From positions 736,001-800,000 of the forward strand of contig CM000431.1 in the NCBI GenBank assembly GCA_000165345.1: DNA of 64,000 bases, written 5' to 3'. Position numbers and translations under genes: made by a program. The notes beneath the pieces are model-generated. The model was not told the origin of the DNA, did not search any database, and saw only the letters and a program-made list of their open reading frames with translations. Shown here in pieces: positions 50,206-58,659 of this stretch. The number at the start of each line of letters is the position of its first letter. Positions within the stretch are counted from its first letter, which is position 1.

Positions 50206-51627
50206 TTATTTACTTTTGTTTGCATGAATGAATTTTTTAAGTTTATTAGACTTTTTCTGAATTATTTTTAGATGGTCTTGAATTGACCTATTTTCAATAA
50301 TGTAAGGATCTCCGCTATTCATTATAAAAGAGTATAGAATCTCATATTCCGTGCATTTCATAATCAGTGAATAGATTACTTGGTCAATTATTCTTATGAA
50401 TTCTTCTGAATTGATCAACTCTTTGATTCTATGTAATTTATCTAAAGTTTTACACTCCAAGACTTTGTTCGTATGAAAAGAAGAATAGCTGCAAGCATTA
50501 AATATTAGGAGAATTACCGGAATAATTATCTTTTCTACAGAATACTTTAAATATGTTAATGTAATTTCGACTCCCTTCGAATAAATAAAAATCATACACC
50601 ATTTTTCTGATATTTTTATTAGCCTAATTAATGAAATAATAATTGGGAATGCAATACTGTTTGTACAATTCCTCAAATCGTTTTGTTTTAATACATCAAG
50701 AAGTAATCCGATAATTCCCATATAAACTAATTGTTTGCATTCTTTTTCACTGCCTTGAGTAATAATTATTCTACATAAAATTTTAATTGTTTGTAACCTT
50801 ATTGGTACGCATTCATCATACATTAAGACGAATATTGAAGGACATAATTCCAATGGCTGGATAAAATCTAATGCTAGACAATCTTGGCTATCTGCCTCTA
50901 CCATTTTAATAATAGTTGAAATATATTTAATACCCCATATTCTCATTGAAATATCGTCAGAAAATATTAACTCAGATATTTCATTTTTTAATTTAACCCA
51001 CGTGTATGAAGCTGCAGTTGGAGAAAATCGAATTAATCCTATTATTGTACGTAATAGTGCATTCTTCAATCTATGGGTTATACAATTATCATTTTGTTTC
51101 TTAAAAATTTGGATTAACAATTCCAATAATCCAATCTTAATTGCAACTCTGCAAAACATTGGTTGTTCTTTTTCGATGAAATGAAATAATATTAATGATA
51201 ACAATTGTTCAACCTCGCTTGTGTTACTTTCGTGATTTTCATTTAGAGTGATTTCAAAAATATTAATTATTGAATATAAAAATGATTGATTTGACAAAGT
51301 CTAATTAATGAAGTTTTCAAATTTATAGGTGATTAATTTAACTTACTTGAATAGTTTCATTCGGGAAGATTCTAGCATATGTTGCAAGTATATGTAAAAT
51401 AGATATTCTGATTTTCATCTAAAAAAATTTGAATTAATTTCATTACTTGCTTTAATTCAACTTACATTAAGCTTTATTTCATCTTTATTATTTGGAGCTC
51501 TGTAAGTTGGAGAGTGCTTTATTAATAATTCAACAGCATCTGGGCAAACTACCTGTGGAGATACAAGCTTCTCGAAAAACCCACATCTTGCAAAATGAGA
51601 AATTTTTCTAATAAAAGATAAATTCAT
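50206..51627 (-). CDS. Three-exon gene encoding a helical-repeat (ARM/HEAT-like) hypothetical protein. Exons are 51627..51466, 51418..51347 and 51300..50206 on the minus strand.
   Basis: The track ORF 50206..51297 starts at TTG, and its first in-frame ATG is 46 codons further in. Immediately upstream on the minus strand lies an AG acceptor (cattaattAG, at 51302-51301) preceded by a GTAAGT donor (51346-51341). The 72-nt exon ATGAAAATCAGAATATCTATTTTACATATACTTGCAACATATGCTAGAATCTTCCCGAATGAAACTATTCAA follows. A second intron follows, running GTAAGT (51465-51460) ... tttttttAG (51420-51419). A 162-nt first exon then begins with the ATG at 51627 and translates MNLSFIRKISHFARCGFFEKLVSPQVVCPDAVELLIKHSPTYRAPNNKDEIKLN. 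All junctions are phase 0. An in-frame TGA sits upstream of the first ATG. Confidence 0.6.
51301..51346 (-). other. Intron 2 (46 nt, GTAAGT...TAG)
   Basis: Read on the minus strand: gtaagttaaattaatcacctataaatttgaaaacttcattaattag. Confidence 0.55.
51419..51465 (-). other. Intron 1 (47 nt, GTAAGT...TTTTTTTAG)
   Basis: Read on the minus strand: gtaagttgaattaaagcaagtaatgaaattaattcaaatttttttag. Confidence 0.55.
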
Positions 51628-51917
51628 CGATATTATTCATCAAAATAAGCTTTTTATTTTGAAGAGACTTAATAATTCTACTCATGTTAATATTTGAAAT
51701 TGCAAAACAAGTTTATCTAATGTAAATAAGTGTGGAAAAACAAAAATTTAGGTAAAGATCAATACCAAAATATTAATAAAAGATTATTCCTATATAATAT
51801 GTTTTTAAATAAAATTTTTAACTTTTAAATTTGTGTGTGTTACATTGTGTGAACAGGAAATAAAGTTTCACATGTTCCCTTACGTTTGCCTTAATAGAAA
51901 TGGTTTAAAATATCACC

Positions 51918-54275
51918 ATGAGGGAATCTATTAACTCAGTTCACAGCGAACTATTTCCTAAAACTAAATTGGGTGCTGAATTTTTACCTCTAAATAAAAA
52001 AGAAAATATTCCAGGAAAAAAAGTTGAGAGTATAAAAAAAGATAACTCTGAAAAAAAAATCAGCGATACTAAAGAAAATGAAGAAATAAATGAAAAAATG
52101 ACTAAAGAAAAAAAGCCTAGCAAAAAACAAGTTCAATATTCTTCATCTGATTCTTCCTCAAATCCATCACCTAGAATTAAGAAAAATTCAAGCGAAATAG
52201 CATCCGACGAATCGGCTTCTATCTATACAGATTCTTCGAATAAAATTGGAAAAAAAATAAATGCAAAGCAATTTTCCAGAAATAAACATGAAATAAAGAA
52301 TGAAGTACACAACATCGGAAAAAAAGTTTCAGAAAGCAAAAAGCTTAAAGTTTCGGAAAATGTCCCTGATGACTTAAGAGCGCAATTTGAATTAGCAGTC
52401 AATAAAGTAAGGGCTTATATAGAAAAAGAATACATAGATCGTATGTGTGAAATCGATAGCGAAAATGCGATTAAATTACAAAGAGAATTAAATAAAATTT
52501 TGCAATCAGAAAGAGATGCATTGGAAAGAGAAAAGTTTAATTTTGAAAAAAGGTTAAGGGAAGAAATGGAAAGAGAAATGCATGCAACTATCGAAATTGC
52601 CGCCGTTGAAAATAAGAAGAAAGCTGATGTTTCACTTGCAGAAATAAGAAAGGATATTGAATCACACTATATTGCAAGGCAAAAAGAGGTTGAGCAAGAG
52701 CTATCAAAGAAGAAAGAATTACTAGAGGAAGAATATTTACGTAAGAGTTCAGAGCTTTCAGATATTATTTCAAAAAGAAAAGCAGAATTAGAAGAGGAGT
52801 ATAATGGCAAGAAAAGTGAATACTTAGAAGGGATTTCAAGAAGAAAGAAGGAGTTGGAAGAAGATTTTGAAGAAAGAAAAAAGTCATTAGAATCCACATT
52901 TAATGAAAGAGCTAGTGCATTAGAGTCCATATATAATGAAAGAATGAATGCATTAGAAAACCAATATGAAGAAAATTTGAAAATAAAACTAGAGGCTGAA
53001 GTAGCCAAAAGCCAAGCAAAACAACAAACTAGCATTATTGAGAAAGAAAAGGAGTTTATTCAAGGAAAGATTTTAGTAGAGTCATTAAAAGAACAATTAG
53101 AAAAAATGACAATTCAAAAGAATGAATTAGAAAATATGAGTTCTAGTACAATCAGTAATATGAAAAATTATATGAAAGAGTTGCAAGATTCTAGTGAGAT
53201 ACAAAAGTCTCAGATAGGAACATTAGAAAAAACAGTTAAAGCTCTATATGTTAAAGAACAAGAGACTATGGAACTTGTTAATCAAGCAAATGAAAAAATT
53301 TCAAATATGATGGATTTGAAAGAAGCAAAAAAGATTGCATATAATTCACTATTAAAAGGTATGGCAGTACAATTACTTGATGAGACTCTGAGAGTGCACT
53401 ATAAACAAAATTATTTGAAAAAAGGATTTGAAATTTTGAAAAAACAAATAAGTAGACCAAAGATTGTTTCAACAAACGAAGATGGGAAAGGATTAAAGGG
53501 AAATGATTTAACTTTATTCTTATTAAGAAAAGAACAGCTTTCACTTTTTGCAGAAAATGAAAACTTAATGAGCCAAGTAGAGGATTTAAGAGTCAAACAT
53601 TTAGAAGAACTTAAAAAGACACAAGAGTCTTTTATGATGTATAAAAAAGATTTAGAGAGAGACTCAAATACAGAGACAAATGTTGCATTGTATGAAACAT
53701 CTATGCTACACTTTGCATATATAATCAATACAAAAATTAGGTTACAAATGGTTGATGCATTCTGGAGAATACAAACACGACCCAGCAAAAGAAATCTTGT
53801 TGAAACAGAGGAGGTAAAGAGGGAAGGTTTAACAAAACCTATGGATCTCAATAGTAGGGACAAGCTATTTGGAAATTTTTTGAGTTCATTATACAGAATT
53901 TCTAGAATAAAGTTGATTTCATTTACTTGGAGAAAAATAGTTCTAAATGCAAAGCTCTCATCGTTCAAAACATTACCTACTGTACCTTTCAAAGATATGA
54001 ATAATAATAGAGGTTTAAATATCGACTCTTTCCATTTAAGGGACTTTATTAACAGTATGGGGAAGGATGGTGTAATGAACTTCGCGCATCAGCCCAACTA
54101 TTATAATAAACTACCATCTGTTATAAATGTACAAAATAAGGCAGTATTCGTCCCTCTAAGAAGAGATAATCCAATAACATATGGAACCTACTTCCAATAT
54201 AATAAGGAAATATTATCCGAAAGCTGCGTTACAGGCAAACCTATGGGTAGTTACGCAAACACTGATTTTAATTAG
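51918..54275 (+). CDS. Coiled-coil protein with a Lys/Ser-rich N-terminus and a central block of 11-residue repeats
   Basis: ATG confirmed. E/K/L-rich heptad and hendecad character runs across aa 150-560. No catalytic motif found. Confidence 0.6.
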   Translation: MRESINSVHSELFPKTKLGAEFLPLNKKENIPGKKVESIKKDNSEKKISDTKENEEINEKMTKEKKPSKKQVQYSSSDSSSNPSPRIKKNSSEIASDESASIYTDSSNKIGKKINAKQFSRNKHEIKNEVHNIGKKVSESKKLKVSENVPDDLRAQFELAVNKVRAYIEKEYIDRMCEIDSENAIKLQRELNKILQSERDALEREKFNFEKRLREEMEREMHATIEIAAVENKKKADVSLAEIRKDIESHYIARQKEVEQELSKKKELLEEEYLRKSSELSDIISKRKAELEEEYNGKKSEYLEGISRRKKELEEDFEERKKSLESTFNERASALESIYNERMNALENQYEENLKIKLEAEVAKSQAKQQTSIIEKEKEFIQGKILVESLKEQLEKMTIQKNELENMSSSTISNMKNYMKELQDSSEIQKSQIGTLEKTVKALYVKEQETMELVNQANEKISNMMDLKEAKKIAYNSLLKGMAVQLLDETLRVHYKQNYLKKGFEILKKQISRPKIVSTNEDGKGLKGNDLTLFLLRKEQLSLFAENENLMSQVEDLRVKHLEELKKTQESFMMYKKDLERDSNTETNVALYETSMLHFAYIINTKIRLQMVDAFWRIQTRPSKRNLVETEEVKREGLTKPMDLNSRDKLFGNFLSSLYRISRIKLISFTWRKIVLNAKLSSFKTLPTVPFKDMNNNRGLNIDSFHLRDFINSMGKDGVMNFAHQPNYYNKLPSVINVQNKAVFVPLRRDNPITYGTYFQYNKEILSESCVTGKPMGSYANTDFN
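52705..52980 (+). repeat. In-frame tandem 11-codon repeats (about 8 units) encoding hendecad coiled-coil repeats
   Basis: The units are KKELLEEEYLR, KSSELSDIIS, KRKAELEEEYNG, KKSEYLEGISR, RKKELEEDFEE, RKKSLESTFNE, RASALESIYNE and RMNALENQYEE. Confidence 0.55.
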
Positions 54276-54378
54276 AAACATAAATAAGTTATAAATTATT
54301 TAAATAGATTTTTAAAGATAAGTATATAAATTCATTTGAATATTATAGTTATTTCTTATTAATAACTTAGTAATAATA

Positions 54379-55035
54379 TTAGTTTGAAGAACAACCATTT
54401 GAAAAGCAATTTCCTCCTCCTCTTCTATCTGATCTAAACAATTGAAACCCTCCAGTTTTACCATTATTTTCTGTGCTCATACTGTTAGAGTCCAGCTTTT
54501 TGGTGTTTGGAAGCTTTCTTGCAATCTCCTCAAATAGTTCTTGGACATTATATCCAGTTTTTGCTGATGTTTCGAAGCTCAGTATTCCTTTTTCCTTAGC
54601 GTAGTTACGTGCTGTTTCAGAGTCCACAGTTCGACTACTTTCTAAGTCATACTTATTCCCAACTAAAGCAACAACAATATCATTGTTATTTATATTCTGT
54701 AGTTCTGATATCCATGACTTAGCCCCTTGAAACGTTTCTACATTTGTAATGTCGTAAACCACAATTGCTGCCGCAGCTCCTCTATAATACATGGGTGCAA
54801 GACTTCTGTATCTTTCTTGCCCTGCTGTATCCCAAATTTCGAACTTAACAGTATAATCATCATCAACATTTACCGATTGAGTCATAAAGGCAGCACCGAT
54901 TGTTGGTTCCTGATACTCATGGAATTCATCCTTTGAGAACCTAACTACTAAACATGATTTTCCAACTGAAGCATCCCCCAACAAGACCAATTTCAGATGC
55001 AATGTTTTTGGAGTTTTTATTGCTGTCTGAGACAT
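54379..55035 (-). CDS. RAB5: Rab5-family small GTPase
   Basis: G1 GDASVGKS, the RabF motif [40 protein letters not shown], the NKxD-like GNKYDL and ETSAK are all present. The C-terminus [11 protein letters not shown] carries cysteines. ATG confirmed. Confidence 0.8.
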   Translation of the reverse strand: MSQTAIKTPKTLHLKLVLLGDASVGKSCLVVRFSKDEFHEYQEPTIGAAFMTQSVNVDDDYTVKFEIWDTAGQERYRSLAPMYYRGAAAAIVVYDITNVETFQGAKSWISELQNINNNDIVVALVGNKYDLESSRTVDSETARNYAKEKGILSFETSAKTGYNVQELFEEIARKLPNTKKLDSNSMSTENNGKTGGFQLFRSDRRGGGNCFSNGCSSN

Positions 55036-55533
55036 TATTTAAATTTATATTAATGATCTGTCTTATTTCTCAACTGTGCATGACAAGAGTAGTAAAATAG
55101 TTTTTATATATAGACGAAAGCTACACTAAATTAAAGTGTAATCTTGAAGCTTTTTTAATTAACAAGATGATTCGCCGTCTTATGTTATTTTCCCATACAA
55201 ATGATCATAAATAAATTTTTAATTAATTAGGCATAATATCCTCACACCCCGCAACAAAGTTGAATGTCTATTACATTATCTAAATAAGAGAGAATTGATT
55301 TCACTTAAACGAGAAAAAGAGGACAATGAAAAAATATATTACTTTATCTTTGAAATTGTTTAGGATCTACCTATCATAATTGCAGTAATAAAAATCTATT
55401 TTTAATTTTCCTTTTCATTTTGAATTTTAGCGAGTAAAAAAATTAGCCAATAAAAAAATTTGAATTTATTAAATCTGTGGGCTAACTTGTCTTTGCAAGA
55501 AATTAGAAATCTAAAAAAATGTTAATAAACAAT

Positions 55534-56469
55534 TTAATTCACTTTATTTGAACTTACCCAATTGTACGATCTAGGAATAAAACCTGGAATGTAGTTGGAA
55601 TATGATTTCATAAAACCATTGATTTGAGAATTAGCAACTCTAAATGCATATTGAACAAAAGGATCAATAGGATATTTCAATCTTATCAAACTCCAGTATA
55701 TGGAAATATAAACTATACTGATTCTTCTTGTAAGCACTGCAAAGAAAATATAAATTCCCACTACAAATACTTCAAAATATGCTTTTCTTTGATACAATTT
55801 GTTTTTGTTTTTGTTAGCGAGGTCGAAAATATTAATTATTTGAATATTGTTTACAATAGGTTGGTATTTTGATACAATGAATAATGAAGTAATTGCAGGA
55901 ATGAAAAATATCATAGGAAATGAATAGATTAGACCAAAATATGCAACAACCGAAATTAGTGAGTGGAATGATTCTTCAATAAGGATCTTTTGCCAAAAGT
56001 CAATGGAAAGCAATTTAATAGGTTTAATTGAAATATCATATAAGTGTGATCCAAGACCCAGAATGTAAAATAAAGAGCTTATTCGTACAAGTAAATACGT
56101 AAATTTAGATCCACGAATGATTGGAAGGAAATTCAAAATTGGAATTATTGATGAAATCAAAAGTGAAATAGAAAGTGATAATATCATCCATTGTTTGTAT
56201 CCTGTGGAAAGTAATAGTTTTGATTCATTACTTTTGGCTTGGGAATTAAAGCTCGAGAATTTACTCTCTTCTTGATATTTATTATAGTTATGTTCTTTAA
56301 GTTGTATCTCAAGATTAGGGTTCACATTCTTTTTAAACCATTTCCTTTTAAAAGTGGTTAGTTGAGATGCAGATGGCGTCGGGTAAAGATTATTATAATA
56401 TTGCTGCCATAATGTGCTCTTTGACCAATCATATTCCAAAAACTCCTTCTGTGCTTCTTCAGGAGTCAT
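55534..56469 (-). CDS. Multi-pass membrane protein (311 aa), family not assigned
   Basis: ATG confirmed. A hydrophilic N-terminus of about 85 aa is followed by 5-6 hydrophobic helices (LSISLLISSIIPILNFLPII, ISSLFYILGLGSHLY, LISVVAYFGLIYSFPMIFFIPAITSLFIV, VFVVGIYIFFAVL). Confidence 0.5.
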   Translation of the reverse strand: MTPEEAQKEFLEYDWSKSTLWQQYYNNLYPTPSASQLTTFKRKWFKKNVNPNLEIQLKEHNYNKYQEESKFSSFNSQAKSNESKLLLSTGYKQWMILSLSISLLISSIIPILNFLPIIRGSKFTYLLVRISSLFYILGLGSHLYDISIKPIKLLSIDFWQKILIEESFHSLISVVAYFGLIYSFPMIFFIPAITSLFIVSKYQPIVNNIQIINIFDLANKNKNKLYQRKAYFEVFVVGIYIFFAVLTRRISIVYISIYWSLIRLKYPIDPFVQYAFRVANSQINGFMKSYSNYIPGFIPRSYNWVSSNKVN

Positions 56470-56560
56470 ATTTTAACTTTAGTGTAGAATGATATAGAGA
56501 TTTAATTAATTAATCAGACTAATTAGTGATGAATAATTTCATTAATTAATTGGCAATTTA

Positions 56561-56590
56561 AAAAAAAAAAAAGCTCACTGATCAAAAAAA
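56561..56590. repeat. Poly(A) tracts (A13 and A9) in the promoter region of the 55534..56469 gene
   Basis: Read directly as aaaaaaaaaaaaagctcactgatcaaaaaaaaa. Confidence 0.5.
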
Positions 56591-56699
56591 AACCGCTTAC
56601 AAATTTTTATCGTGTCTAATTAACTGCAAAAGAGAAATATCGTGCTTATTCGTGGAAAATTAATAATTTGGATTAAATAATACTATTATTATAGTATGT

Positions 56700-57833
56700 T
56701 TAAACGAGCTTCTCCATTTCCATTCTAACTTCATGGAAGCAAGAAACAATTGCAGCCAGTTGTATGCTTTCGCTAGCCCCCCTTGAAAGCCTGTACTCGA
56801 TATCTGCAAGGCGCCTCATAAGTAACGGAACAACTTCATCAGGCCAATTTGCTTCCATTGACTTGCTGTAAAGACCATTTACGAAATCTTGGGTAGAATA
56901 TCCGTTCTCATTCTGGGAATTTTGAAGTGCACTAAAGCCACTTGAAAAACTCTCTCTTGAGAGAATTCCAAATATATAATCCAATTCACTCTTTGTGGGT
57001 ATCCCAAGAATTCTGTGAATCATTTCTTCATTAATATATGTGATAAGTCCTTCAATAGATGCCCCATTTAGTTCTCCAGAATCTTTATGTTTTTCAATGT
57101 TTCCGTAATTACTCATGCTGCACGACTGCAATACATTTAAAACTTTCCTCATGTCTCCCCTTGAAGACTTTATGAGCGACTCTTGACCTTCTCGAGTTAT
57201 AAAAATCCTCTCTGACAGAGCAATTTCTGATATTCGATTCCTAATATCCTCAATAGGAAGTGGGGAAAATCTAAACCGTGTGCATCTACTTTGCAATGCA
57301 GGAGTTATTTTATTAACATAGTTGCAAATGATGCAAAATCTAACGTGTTCGGAATAACGCTCCATTATTCTTCTTAGTGCCATTTGAGCTGTGCTTGTCA
57401 TCATATCTGCCTCATCTAGAATAATTAACTTAATATTCTCACACAAGCTTTTATTACAGTCTAAATTTCTTGTGCTTACATCAGACATTTCTATATCTTC
57501 AATATTTGAATTTGTTCCACCTGAGTGATTTAATGTCGTTGATGCACTTTCTGAAAAACTTTTGATTGCATCCCTTACAACATTTATGCCACGGTCGTCT
57601 GATGCGTTGAGTTCCAACACCATCTGATACTTTCTATCTTTGTAAATACATTTGCTAATTGCATGTATAGTTGAAGTCTTTCCAGTTCCAGGAGGTCCAT
57701 GGAATAAAAGATGTGGAAGCTGGCCAGAACTAATAAATTTTTCGATAGTGTTAATTATATCTTTGTGCGACAGCAAGTCCTGTAGTCCTGAAGGCCTATA
57801 CTTTTCAACCCACGGTAATTGAGCTTCCTCCAT
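56700..57833 (-). CDS. Replication factor C small subunit (RFC2-5 family, AAA+ clamp loader)
   Basis: The N-terminal LPWVEKYRP box is present. Walker A reads GPPGTGKTST and Walker B reads LDEADMMT. A low-complexity insertion separates Walker A and Walker B. The sensor 2 region of the C-terminal lid is present. Confidence 0.85.
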   Translation of the reverse strand: MEEAQLPWVEKYRPSGLQDLLSHKDIINTIEKFISSGQLPHLLFHGPPGTGKTSTIHAISKCIYKDRKYQMVLELNASDDRGINVVRDAIKSFSESASTTLNHSGGTNSNIEDIEMSDVSTRNLDCNKSLCENIKLIILDEADMMTSTAQMALRRIMERYSEHVRFCIICNYVNKITPALQSRCTRFRFSPLPIEDIRNRISEIALSERIFITREGQESLIKSSRGDMRKVLNVLQSCSMSNYGNIEKHKDSGELNGASIEGLITYINEEMIHRILGIPTKSELDYIFGILSRESFSSGFSALQNSQNENGYSTQDFVNGLYSKSMEANWPDEVVPLLMRRLADIEYRLSRGASESIQLAAIVSCFHEVRMEMEKLV

Positions 57834-58176
57834 TTTGAAAGTGAACCTCAGTTATTGCAATAGAAATTCGAAGAATAGAGACAATTTTTATCTATTTAAT
57901 AGTAATTTGTTTTCAAACAAGGGCAACTTTATATTCCTACTGACAAATAATAAAGTTAGTACCGCTCATAAAATTTAACGAGGGAAATAATCATATTTTT
58001 AACTACAAAATTCGTTTGTAGCTTAAAAAAATATAATAGATTAAAGGAAATGTATGAAATAAATTAGTAAATTCAAGTTTTAAGTTCATAGGCAAATTTT
58101 TTTTTATTTAGGTGTTACTTTGCATTTATTTTATTGTTAAGCATATGCAATATAGTTCATAAAATAATTTGGAAGT

Positions 58177-58183
58177 GGCGCGC
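58177..58183. promoter_or_regulatory. GGCGCGC core followed by a TG-rich run (catgtgtgttaatgtgtgtaatag) in the divergent RFC/kinase intergenic region
   Basis: Read directly. Confidence 0.3.
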
Positions 58184-58659
58184 ATGTGTGTTAATGTGTG
58201 TAATAGTCAGTCTACAACTTTAAGACATGTGATTAATTGAAAAAGAGGAGGTGTGATAATATTAATAAAGTGTAGGTCTATTTTAAGAACCTTTCATGGA
58301 TCTTCCTAACTTATAATCGTAAAGTAATTAGTGGATTGTATTAATTGGGGCAAATTAAGTTAATTCAGGTAATGAGTAGGAAGGGGAATAAGGTCGGAAA
58401 GGAATAAGGAAAGATATTTATTAATTTGGAAGGCATTTGATTCAATACAATTACTTATATTGCAAGCTTTATTTGGCTATAAATTTACAGAAGATCAAAG
58501 ATTCCTTTAAGATTAGTTACTAGTCCAACCAGATTTTTAGTAATAGTTAAAGACATATTTCAATTATTGATTATATATCAAAATAATATAGCTATTATCG
58601 ATCAATTATTGCGTTATAACGCGCATATAGTACTGAATACAAGATCTGCTTACAGAATA

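Noticed and set aside
52667-53992. Minus-strand ORFs of 122 and 193 aa antisense to the coiled-coil gene
   Set aside because: They mirror the K/E-rich repeat region of the sense gene (F/S/L-rich antisense). They have no independent support.
58366-58540. Possible intron (CAG|GTAATG ... TTTTTAG) upstream of the divergent kinase ORF
   Set aside because: Candidate upstream exons hit a stop codon before the donor. The first in-frame ATG at 58660 is a simpler model, and the possibility is left open only weakly.
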